Part shown: one piece after another, positions 9,542 through 17,092 of the stretch | How the letters are laid out: each line of letters opens with the position of its first letter | How positions within the stretch are numbered: position 1 is the first letter of the stretch | Source of the DNA: Eubacteriales bacterium | GTDB taxonomy: Bacteria > Bacillota > Clostridia > Oscillospirales > CAG-272 | Assembly: GCA_045627165.1 (NCBI GenBank) | Contig: JAZQNC010000172.1 | Location: 1-27,391, forward strand | Length of the DNA stretch: 27,391 bases | Direction of reading: 5' to 3' | Program-made: the position numbers and the translations under genes | The notes under the pieces: model-generated | Told to the model about the DNA's origin: nothing | Database searches by the model: none | What the model saw: only the letters and a program-made list of their open reading frames with translations

Positions 9542-11314
9542 ATGAAAAACACAAACGCCATCCATTCATTCGGAAACGGAAGCTTTCTCATATACGGACA
9601 GGGTCCGAACATCATTTCAATGTTCGCCGGCGACTATTCTTCACCTTCCATAGCTTCCCTTGAGCTTGAAAACTGCATAGGATATGATATTCCGGCACGG
9701 AGTCTGGGAAACTGGACCTGCCGCGCGGAAACCGGCAGCGGCAGTGTTACGTTTGATGATGTGCTTGATCCGCACTCGAATATATTCGTGCGCAGGGTGA
9801 GCGCCGAATGCGGCGCGGTCATTTCGGTAAAGACACATCCGAACTGCAGAACGTACAGCGAAAACGGCGGTACTGTCGCTGTCCTTCCCAAAGGCACCAT
9901 GTATTTCACGAGCGTAGTCTGCACCGGAGAATACCGTCTTTACATCAGCTGCGGCGGATGCGCATCTTTCGACGGCGGCAGTATCATGATTTCACAGGGC
10001 GAGGGCTGCATAATCGTCCGTGCGCTTCGTCTCGATACCGACAACGCCCGCTCTCCCGTTCTGCCTTCATATACCGACACGGAGGCTGTACAGCGCAGCT
10101 CGGATGAATACTGGAAGGCTTATTTTGCCGGAATAACGAAGTATCCCGGCATTGAGGATATTGAAGAAAGCGTTGCCTACACCATAAAAACTCAGCAGTC
10201 CCGCGACGGAGGGATCGCCGCAGGTCATTATTACCCGATGGCTTATGTCCGCGATCAGGCGGGTACCGCGAGGGGGCTTATCAGTCTCGGACTTGTTGAC
10301 GACGCGAAGAAGATCGTTGAATTCTGGAACGAAAAATTCACAAGATACGGCAATATCCACAACGCCGAGACTATGGGAAATTTCGACGGCCGTCTCGTTT
10401 TTTCAAACGATGAGGTGGAGGTTCCCGCATATGTGATGCTGACCGCGTTTTTCTGCGCGGAAGCACAGTCGGATTTCGGATGGCTTGAAAAACTCCGTCC
10501 GATGCTTTCCTACGCCGCGTCGGTACAGTGCGGCCACGTCGTCAGAGGCATGACCGGATTTTCCGGAGACGAGACCTATATTGCCGGCGGAATGTTCCCG
10601 AGATGCTTTCTCTATCACGGCTCCGCAGAATCCACCATGCTCTTTATTCAGAGCGTCGAAAAATACATCGGATATTTCGGCGATGACGGAAAGCTCGGCA
10701 CGGCGCTGAACGAAGCAAAGAACAGCTTCCGTGAAAATTTCATAATCGATGGCAGACTGTACGCAAATCAGCCTCTTCGTGAAAAATACGCGGTGCTTCC
10801 GCGCTTCCATTTCGGCTACTGCGATTACTGCGAGCTTGCTCATAAGCCCGCGCCGCTGACATGGCTTGAACGCAGGGAAGACGGTCTGTATGCCTGTCCG
10901 GACTGCTTCACGTCTCCCGGAATCCCGATACCGGAGAAGAATCCCCGTATGCTCGGCTCTGTCTCCCTTTCGGTGTTCTGGCACGGCTTTGACATACTGA
11001 CCGACGAAGAAAAATCCCAAACGGTGAAGCCCTTCCTCGATGCGCTCGAAAAGCGCGGAAACGTGTACTCCTCTGCCGACGGAGAAACCGCGACCGGCTA
11101 CGACTACGCCTATCTGCTCGAAGCCCTTGTCAAAACAGATTCGCCCTGCTGCTCCGAAATGCTGGATAAAACGCTCGAAGCCCTTGACGAATCGGGAAGC
11201 TGGTCGGAATATTACCGTGAGGGCATTCCGTACAACTGCCGCAACCGCCCGTGGGAAAGCGGTATCAATATCTCCGCAGTGATCGACGCGGTAAAGCACA
11301 TACGCGGAATATAG
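9542..11314 (+). CDS. Putative (alpha/alpha)6 six-hairpin glycosidase-like protein (GH15/amylo-glucosidase-like) with an inserted Cys4 motif
   Basis: YPMAYVRD resembles the GH15-type WxRD motif. A beta-rich N-terminal region precedes a helical region, with acidic candidates (DEVE, GDETY, PWES). Exact family cannot be fixed without an HMM search. No signal peptide seen. Confidence 0.6.
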   Translation: MKNTNAIHSFGNGSFLIYGQGPNIISMFAGDYSSPSIASLELENCIGYDIPARSLGNWTCRAETGSGSVTFDDVLDPHSNIFVRRVSAECGAVISVKTHPNCRTYSENGGTVAVLPKGTMYFTSVVCTGEYRLYISCGGCASFDGGSIMISQGEGCIIVRALRLDTDNARSPVLPSYTDTEAVQRSSDEYWKAYFAGITKYPGIEDIEESVAYTIKTQQSRDGGIAAGHYYPMAYVRDQAGTARGLISLGLVDDAKKIVEFWNEKFTRYGNIHNAETMGNFDGRLVFSNDEVEVPAYVMLTAFFCAEAQSDFGWLEKLRPMLSYAASVQCGHVVRGMTGFSGDETYIAGGMFPRCFLYHGSAESTMLFIQSVEKYIGYFGDDGKLGTALNEAKNSFRENFIIDGRLYANQPLREKYAVLPRFHFGYCDYCELAHKPAPLTWLERREDGLYACPDCFTSPGIPIPEKNPRMLGSVSLSVFWHGFDILTDEEKSQTVKPFLDALEKRGNVYSSADGETATGYDYAYLLEALVKTDSPCCSEMLDKTLEALDESGSWSEYYREGIPYNCRNRPWESGINISAVIDAVKHIRGI

Positions 11315-11346
11315 GTAAATAAACTATTATCAAACACAGCAAACAC

Positions 11347-11410
11347 AAAAAGGCTTCCCGATCTGACCGCTCGTTATGAGCGCATATCAGCACCGGGAAG
11401 CCTGATGTTT
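11347..11410. terminator. Bidirectional terminator / long nested hairpin between convergent genes
   Basis: Perfect 10-bp outer stem AGGCTTCCCG (11351-11360) / CGGGAAGCCT (11394-11403), inner CGCTC/GAGCG stem, an A-run on the left and TGTTTT on the right. Confidence 0.75.
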
Positions 11411-11470
11411 TACTTAGGGAATATCGCAGTCCTAAAAACGGGACTGACCTTTTCTATCGTCCGAACCCTG

Positions 11471-12673
11471 TCAGCCGAGGAAAGGAACGGAGCAAAGAAT
11501 AGTATTGGGCTCGCCGTTCTTGCCGGGGAAGGGAGTGAGGTCGTCATCACGCACCTCGTTGCGTTCCTTGAGGCTGCGGAAATCGGGAACCTTGTAATTC
11601 TCACCGTGGTTGAGACAGCTCTTCCAGCCGAGAATTGCGGTCGCGGACATAGCCGCGCCCTTGTATACGTCGAAGAACGGGACTTCATCGTTGATGAAGT
11701 AGTCGATCATGTTCTGCACGATCCAGAAGTCTCCGCCGCCGTGACCTGCCGCCTTCGCCTTTTCGCCCTTTTCGCCGAGGTCGGGCATTTCAACGGGCAG
11801 ATACTTGACGGTTTCTTCCTGTCCTTCGGGACGGGTGTAATCGTGCCAGTATAATCTGACCTGCTGACCGGGGGTATATCCTCCCCATTCCGCGCTTGCC
11901 GTATCGCCGATAAGACGGTAACGGCTGTAATCGGAGGGTACTGCGGTGCAGCCTGTGAAGCGGGCGATCATGCCGTTGTCCATCTCGCAGAACATATAAG
12001 CGGTGCCGTCATAGTTGTGGCGGTACTTCTTGTAGCTGTACAGATAATCGGAATGAGCCGCTCTCGCGGATACGTACTTGGGCATGGAATTGGTCATATA
12101 CATAAGGGGACCCATTGCGTGAGTATTGTAATAGGTTCTCGCAAGCCATGCTCTCCAGTGCCACTCGTCCTGACCGTCGCAGAATACGCTGTCGCCGGGA
12201 CCTCCGTGGTTGTATTCGCCCTCAGCATACATTGCTCTGCCCAGAACGCCGTCCCTGTAGAGCTTTGCGATCTGCTGATTTTCCACCATGAAGGGATAGT
12301 TCTCGGCGATCATATACTTTCTGCCGGTGCGCTCGACACATTCAACCAGCTCAACGCACTCCTTGAGCGTACCGCCGGAGGTACATTCGCTTACAACGTC
12401 CATGCCGGCTTCCATTGCCTTGATAGCGAAAGGAGCGTGCTGATGGAAGTAGTTTGCCAGGAACATGGCGTTCATGCCGTTTTCCTTGCCCCACGCGAGA
12501 AATTCGTCAAATTCCTTGAAGAGCTTCGCGCCGGGAACCGAATTTCTGCAGTTCAGACGGTCGATATCCCAGTCGCAGATGGCGATGATTTCGATCTCCT
12601 TGAAGGTCTTCATCAGGTCGATGTAATTGCTGCCGCGTCTTCCTCCGAAGACGCCGATTCTGATTTTGTCCAT
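11471..12673 (-). CDS. Gfo/Idh/MocA-family NAD-binding protein, GH109-like
   Basis: Start is likely ATG 12673 (MDKIRIGVFGGRRG, Rossmann beta1), 400 aa. Motifs HQHAPFAIKAMEAG, ENYPF, EGEYNH, YNTHAMGP and AGHGGGD. Confidence 0.88.
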   Translation of the reverse strand: MDKIRIGVFGGRRGSNYIDLMKTFKEIEIIAICDWDIDRLNCRNSVPGAKLFKEFDEFLAWGKENGMNAMFLANYFHQHAPFAIKAMEAGMDVVSECTSGGTLKECVELVECVERTGRKYMIAENYPFMVENQQIAKLYRDGVLGRAMYAEGEYNHGGPGDSVFCDGQDEWHWRAWLARTYYNTHAMGPLMYMTNSMPKYVSARAAHSDYLYSYKKYRHNYDGTAYMFCEMDNGMIARFTGCTAVPSDYSRYRLIGDTASAEWGGYTPGQQVRLYWHDYTRPEGQEETVKYLPVEMPDLGEKGEKAKAAGHGGGDFWIVQNMIDYFINDEVPFFDVYKGAAMSATAILGWKSCLNHGENYKVPDFRSLKERNEVRDDDLTPFPGKNGEPNTILCSVPFLG

Positions 12674-12740
12674 ATTTTTATCCTTTCGAGATTTTTTCGG
12701 TATATTCCGCTGTACTGTCACATACATTTTCTTCGCTGTA

Positions 12741-12769
12741 ATTATACCAAAAACGCCGCGCTTTGTCAA
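12741..12769 (-). promoter_or_regulatory. Consensus sigma70/sigmaA promoter of the oxidoreductase-like gene
   Basis: On the minus strand: TTGACA (12769-12764), a 17-bp spacer, and TG-G-TATAAT (hexamer 12746-12741). Confidence 0.88.
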
Positions 12770-12793
12770 TAGTCATTCCGCACAGCTTTTGTA

Positions 12794-12822
12794 TTGACTT
12801 TCGCTCTTTTCCGTGGTATAAT
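12794..12822 (+). promoter_or_regulatory. sigma70/sigmaA promoter of the URO-D-family gene
   Basis: TTGACT (12794-12799), a 17-bp spacer, and TG-G-TATAAT (hexamer 12817-12822). Confidence 0.87.
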
Positions 12823-12860
12823 CTCACCTGTAATAAATATGTGCAGAGGATTATGCCAAA

Positions 12861-13925
12861 ATGACAGACAGAGAAAATTTTATATCCATCGCAAAGCGCA
12901 GAGGATATGATTTTATACCGGTAAACTTTAATATGTGTCCCTCTCTTGCGGAAAAATACAACGAATATACAAAGGAACACCCTATAGCTTTCAGAGGCGA
13001 GAGCTTTAATCTTTACGGAATGTCAGCAAAATACGCCTCACCCGACGAATTTCTGAAAAAATACTATTCCGATAAGAATTTCAAGCCCGGTACGACAATA
13101 GACGGCTGGGGAGTAGCCCACGAGCCGGGCTCCGCCGCCGCGTTTCACATGACCTATATGCACCATCCCATGGAGAATTTCGATTCGGTTGAGCAGATCG
13201 AAGAGTATCCCTTCCCCGAATTCAACCATGATAATTTTGAGGACATGAAAGCTCAGGCGGAACGTGCGCACAGCGAAGGCAAGGCTGTACAGGGCTATAT
13301 GCAGTGTACCGTCTGGGAAACTGCATGGTATATGCGGGGTATGGAAAACCTGTTCTGCGACATGATGAGCGACGACGACATGGCCACGGTGCTTCTGGAT
13401 AAGGTAACGGAGCTGGCCGTACTGCGTGCCAAAACCTTTGCCGAGGCCGGAGCGGACGCCATATTCCTGGGCGACGATATAGGAATGCAGCATTCCATCA
13501 TGATGAGCGAAAGTCTCTACGGCGACTGGCTCAAACCCCGTCTGAAAAGGGTTATCGATGCGGCGCATGAGATAAATCCGGATATCGTGATATTCTATCA
13601 TTCATGCGGACATGTGACAGAGCTCATACCCCAGCTCATCGAAGCGGGAGTTGACGTGCTCGACCCGGTTCAGCCCGAATGTATGGACTTCGCCGAAATC
13701 CACGAAAAATTCGGCGACAGACTTTCATTCCACGGAACGATAGGTACTCAGAGCGTCATGCCCTTCGGCACTCCCGACGAAGTGCGCCGCAAGGTGTTTG
13801 AAAACCTCGATATCGCGGGAGAGCACGGCGGACTGCTGGTCTGTCCCACTCATCTGCTTGAACCCGAGGTCGCGCTGGAAAATCTCCTTGCCTACATCAG
13901 GGCCTGCGAGGACTACACAAAATAA
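12861..13925 (+). CDS. Uroporphyrinogen decarboxylase / MtaA-CmuA-family protein
   Basis: Family motifs RGMENLF.DM, GADAIFLGDD.G.Q, FYHSCG, LDPVQPECMD, SFHGTIGTQ..MPFGTPDEV and PTH.LEPEV. Probably not a true HemE. Confidence 0.85.
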   Translation: MTDRENFISIAKRRGYDFIPVNFNMCPSLAEKYNEYTKEHPIAFRGESFNLYGMSAKYASPDEFLKKYYSDKNFKPGTTIDGWGVAHEPGSAAAFHMTYMHHPMENFDSVEQIEEYPFPEFNHDNFEDMKAQAERAHSEGKAVQGYMQCTVWETAWYMRGMENLFCDMMSDDDMATVLLDKVTELAVLRAKTFAEAGADAIFLGDDIGMQHSIMMSESLYGDWLKPRLKRVIDAAHEINPDIVIFYHSCGHVTELIPQLIEAGVDVLDPVQPECMDFAEIHEKFGDRLSFHGTIGTQSVMPFGTPDEVRRKVFENLDIAGEHGGLLVCPTHLLEPEVALENLLAYIRACEDYTK

Positions 13926-13932
13926 ACGTCAG

Positions 13933-13980
13933 ATAAAATACTGCTCTGCGTCGAATTAACGGCACAGAGCAGATTTTTAT
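13933..13980. terminator. Bidirectional terminator between convergent genes
   Basis: CTGCTCTG (13941-13948) / CAGAGCAG (13965-13972) with an inner CGT/ACG stem, flanked by ATAAAAT and ATTTTTAT. Confidence 0.75.
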
Positions 13981-14696
13981 TCATTTTCACTTTTTTCGTC
14001 GCGGACAAATTTAACCGTCAGAAGCATCAGATAATAACCAAGCACGTTTTTCGCCGCCGCGATAACATAACCGAGGACGACCGAAACTACCTCCGGGACG
14101 GTAGCGGCTCTGAAATACTCTGTGGTAAGCTCGATCACGAAATTCACCGTTAGATATATCTCATATCCCAGATCTGCCGCCGCGAAGAATATCACCGCCC
14201 ATCGTATACTGCGCATCAGCGTCCTGTCATAAGCACCTTCGTCATGGATAATGCACAGTCCCGCGGCTGTCAGCGACACAAACAGCGGGAGCAGTCTGAA
14301 AAGCAGGCAGTTCACTCCGAAGAGCAGCGAATAGTATACCAGATTCGTGCGCAGCTCAGAGATGAATATCGCGCCCGAAATAACCGAAGCGGCATAGGGC
14401 AGAATCAGGGAAACCGCGCAGAGAGCGACCCCTCCGGCGCGCTTTATGCCCGTGAAATACATCATAAAGCACATACACAGCGCAACGGCGAAATAGGGCA
14501 GAATATATGTCAGCGCGGTATTCACAACGTCAAGAACATTGTACAGCCCTTCCATCATTATGTCACCGCTGATATATTCAAGCAGGCAGCCGAGTCCGAA
14601 GGAAACTGCCGCCGGAAGCGCAAACATCAGAACGATAACGGACAGTATGAATTTTTTTCTGTCGAGGGGAGCAAGAACGCCTTTTACTTTTTCCAT
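13977..14696 (-). CDS. Hypothetical polytopic membrane protein (about 6 TM helices)
   Basis: 239-aa ORF with about six hydrophobic segments, starting 1 bp after the MFS stop. No family motif recognised. Confidence 0.72.
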   Translation of the reverse strand: MEKVKGVLAPLDRKKFILSVIVLMFALPAAVSFGLGCLLEYISGDIMMEGLYNVLDVVNTALTYILPYFAVALCMCFMMYFTGIKRAGGVALCAVSLILPYAASVISGAIFISELRTNLVYYSLLFGVNCLLFRLLPLFVSLTAAGLCIIHDEGAYDRTLMRSIRWAVIFFAAADLGYEIYLTVNFVIELTTEYFRAATVPEVVSVVLGYVIAAAKNVLGYYLMLLTVKFVRDEKSENE

Positions 14697-14697
14697 T

Positions 14698-15942
14698 TCA
14701 CGAACCTTTTTTCGACGGTTTATTTTTGTTACCCGCGAATATCACCGGCATTATCAGCACCATGATTACAGGGAAAATCGCAGCGGCTCCGAGTCCGTAA
14801 TGCAGACCCGCGCTTTCACCCAGCGTGCTGTATTTTATTACCGAATCGGAAACCATGCCTGTAAGCCACGGGCCGAAGGAGCATCCTATATCTCCGCCCA
14901 TGGCGAGCACGGAGAACATCGGAGTTCCGCCTCCGGGGTAGGCCGCCGAAGCCACCGACAGCATTCCCGGCCACATAAGCGATACCATAAAGCCGCAGAG
15001 CGCGCAGGCGGCAAGTCCCAGCACCGCGTTCGACGAGAATACCGTCATAGCATAGCAGGCAACACAGCCGAAGGAAAGCAGCCATATTGCTTTCGCCGGA
15101 TTGATCTTCTGACCGAACAGACCGTAGGCGGTTCTTCCCACACCCATAAATACCGCAAAGAGGCAGGGTCCGAGAAGGTCTCCCACAGTCTTGGTAACTC
15201 CCAGACCGCGCTCCGCAAAGAGCGAAGCCCACTGGGACATGGACTGTTCGGACGCACCTGAGCATATCATCATCAGAACTATGCAGATAAACACCTTTTT
15301 GCGGAAAAGCTCACGCAGCGGAACGCTTTTCTCATCGCCGTCCTCAAGCTCGTTTATCGGAACTACCGAAAAACGGTAAATATTGAAAGCCGGTATCACC
15401 GCCCAGACTATCGGAAGCACATACCACAGGTCGTGTCCTATCAACGCGAGAATGATAGTGGTCAGCATCACCACAATGACCTGTCCCCAGCTGTAAAAGC
15501 CGTGGAGCAGCGACATTGTCGAAGCCTTGGCGTCTCCGGGTACAGCCTCGACGATAGGGCTGACGAGTACCTCGATTATTCCGCTTCCCGCCGAAAACAG
15601 CACCGTGCAGAGAAGCAGCGCGGCATAGGCTGGCGTTCCGCTTCCGGCCATTTCGGGAAATATTCCCATCATCACCAGTCCGATAGATGCAAGAATATGG
15701 GCAATAACCACATATCTGCGATACCCCAGCAGCTTCGTAATCTTTATCGACAGCAAATCCACTCCTATCTGCGTGAAGAAATTCAGCAGAACGAGAAAGC
15801 TCAGCTGCGCGTATGACAGTCCGAAGCGTTCACGGAAGACTATGAACAGCGTGGGCGGCAGATTTACTATGATCGCCTGTGTTATGTAGGCGAAATAGCA
15901 GGTATACAGAGTATCCTGGTAGGTGTATTCTCTTTTCTTCAT
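14698..15942 (-). CDS. MFS transporter (FucP/glucose-galactose permease-like)
   Basis: 414 aa with about 12 hydrophobic helices. Motifs GSGIIEVLVSPIVEA, SLLHGFYSWG, CSGASEQSMSQWAS and GLHYG. Confidence 0.88.
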   Translation of the reverse strand: MKKREYTYQDTLYTCYFAYITQAIIVNLPPTLFIVFRERFGLSYAQLSFLVLLNFFTQIGVDLLSIKITKLLGYRRYVVIAHILASIGLVMMGIFPEMAGSGTPAYAALLLCTVLFSAGSGIIEVLVSPIVEAVPGDAKASTMSLLHGFYSWGQVIVVMLTTIILALIGHDLWYVLPIVWAVIPAFNIYRFSVVPINELEDGDEKSVPLRELFRKKVFICIVLMMICSGASEQSMSQWASLFAERGLGVTKTVGDLLGPCLFAVFMGVGRTAYGLFGQKINPAKAIWLLSFGCVACYAMTVFSSNAVLGLAACALCGFMVSLMWPGMLSVASAAYPGGGTPMFSVLAMGGDIGCSFGPWLTGMVSDSVIKYSTLGESAGLHYGLGAAAIFPVIMVLIMPVIFAGNKNKPSKKGS

Positions 15943-15951
15943 AACCGTTTA

Positions 15952-16230
15952 TTACTTTATCGTGACTTTTATCGAGGTATCCTCGAGCATACCGCACAGC
16001 GCATCGATATACACGCCCACGTTTTCACGGGCAGACTCGGGACAGATCAGGGTAAACTCCGGCTTCTCCTTCATTGAGGTAAGCACGTCGTGAAGCGCGT
16101 CGAGGTTGTTTCCGATATATTCTATTCCGTTCCTGTCCAGTTCGGGGGCAAGCTGACCTCTTATCATATCATGAAGGGCGGAACGGTTTTCTATGCCGCG
16201 GCAGTCAACCGTAACATTTATGCAGGCCAT
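15952..16230 (-). CDS. Barstar-family ribonuclease inhibitor
   Basis: YIGNNLDALHDVLT aligns by eye with barstar YYGENLDALWDCLT. It lies 6 bp downstream of a barnase-like gene and has a GGAGAGG RBS. Confidence 0.92.
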   Translation of the reverse strand: MACINVTVDCRGIENRSALHDMIRGQLAPELDRNGIEYIGNNLDALHDVLTSMKEKPEFTLICPESARENVGVYIDALCGMLEDTSIKVTIK

Positions 16231-16236
16231 TTTTTA

Positions 16237-16998
16237 TCATTCCTCTCCGTAGAGCAGAGTAAAGCTCTCGTAATGATCGTCGGTATAGTATATAAGTCCG
16301 TCATTTGAGAAAATAATGCGCTTTGCGCCTCTTGAGGACTTCTTATAGGTATCAATATCGCACTCGGTGTATTGTCTGCCCTTCTTTTTGGGCAGCAGTC
16401 CCTCGTAGTTTCCGAAATAGTCGCCGCCGATGCATTTGCCCGGCGCGTATTTTTCGAGACCTCCTCCGGGCCATCCCAGATCCTGAGCCTCGCTTTTGGT
16501 TATGTAATTTTTCGGAAGACGGCCGTAGGTGTGGATGTAGAGCGCGACGTCATCCTTTTTGTAATATACTCCGTCCTCGTCTATCGCGGGTTTGGTTTCA
16601 GGCGCTTCGGTGACGGGAGGCTCTGTTTCGGGAGCCTTCGTTTCGGGAGTTTCGGTGACGGGAGGCTCTGTCTCGGGAGCCTTTGTTTCGGGAGCTTCGG
16701 TGACGGGAGGCTCGGTCTCGACGGGTTCCGGTTCGGTATCTTCCGCTATTGTTTCGGACGCTTCGGATTGCGGAGGCTCGGTATCGATAACGGTAATATC
16801 CTGCGGATCGTCGTCCTCTTCAAAATCATCGGCAAGGCCGCTTATAAGCGATTCAAGCTCATCGGCAATATACTGCGCGTCCTCCTCGTCGAGCAGATCC
16901 GACATTCCGCATCCCGCGAGGGCGGAAATACCCAGAACGGCACAGAGCAGAAGCGAAAGCAGACGAAGCGTGAGCTTCCGCTGAGATATTTTATTCAT
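16237..16998 (-). CDS. Barnase-like (microbial guanyl-preferring) ribonuclease lipoprotein with an acidic Pro/Glu/Thr stalk
   Basis: Start is likely ATG 16998 (GAGGA RBS), 253 aa, with lipobox LAG-C at Cys30. The C-terminal domain LPKNYITKSEAQDLGW...IGGDYF...TECD...SRGAKRII...YYTDDHYESF matches barnase, with equivalents of Lys27, Glu73, Arg83, Arg87 and His102. Confidence 0.92.
   Translation of the reverse strand: MNKISQRKLTLRLLSLLLCAVLGISALAGCGMSDLLDEEDAQYIADELESLISGLADDFEEDDDPQDITVIDTEPPQSEASETIAEDTEPEPVETEPPVTEAPETKAPETEPPVTETPETKAPETEPPVTEAPETKPAIDEDGVYYKKDDVALYIHTYGRLPKNYITKSEAQDLGWPGGGLEKYAPGKCIGGDYFGNYEGLLPKKKGRQYTECDIDTYKKSSRGAKRIIFSNDGLIYYTDDHYESFTLLYGEE
16592..16720 (-). repeat. 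45-bp coding tandem repeat (15-aa unit TEPPVTEAPETKAPE), about 3 copies
   Basis: TTCGGTGACGGGAGGCTC recurs at 16606, 16651 and 16696 on the + strand, an exact 45-nt period. Confidence 0.93.
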
Positions 16999-17035
16999 AA
17001 TGTTTATCCTCGGGAGCATATCAGACACTTATTCA

Positions 17036-17068
17036 TTACAAAACATGGGGACGCAGAGCGCATCCCCG
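17036..17068 (-). terminator. Probable intrinsic terminator after cysD
   Basis: Minus strand reads GGGGATGC-GCTCT-GCGTCCCC (17067-17047, one G-U pair), followed by ATGTTTTGT. Confidence 0.68.
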
Positions 17069-17092
17069 TTGATAAAATCGGCTGACCGTAGA

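Noticed and set aside
11410-11473. Possible TGA read-through or frameshift extending the oxidoreductase C-terminus
   Set aside because: Neither alternative frame gives a recognisable continuation, no SECIS-like evidence is visible, and hairpins follow shortly after the stop.
12861-13925. Calling this gene hemE
   Set aside because: It has the HxCG motif of the MtaA-like branch and no heme-pathway context.
16592-16720. Regular repeat considered as a CRISPR array
   Set aside because: It is a contiguous in-frame coding repeat with no unique spacers and no cas genes nearby.
15952-16998. Barnase-barstar as a classical type II toxin-antitoxin or mobile cassette
   Set aside because: The nuclease carries a lipoprotein export signal, and there are no flanking repeats, integrase or transposase genes.
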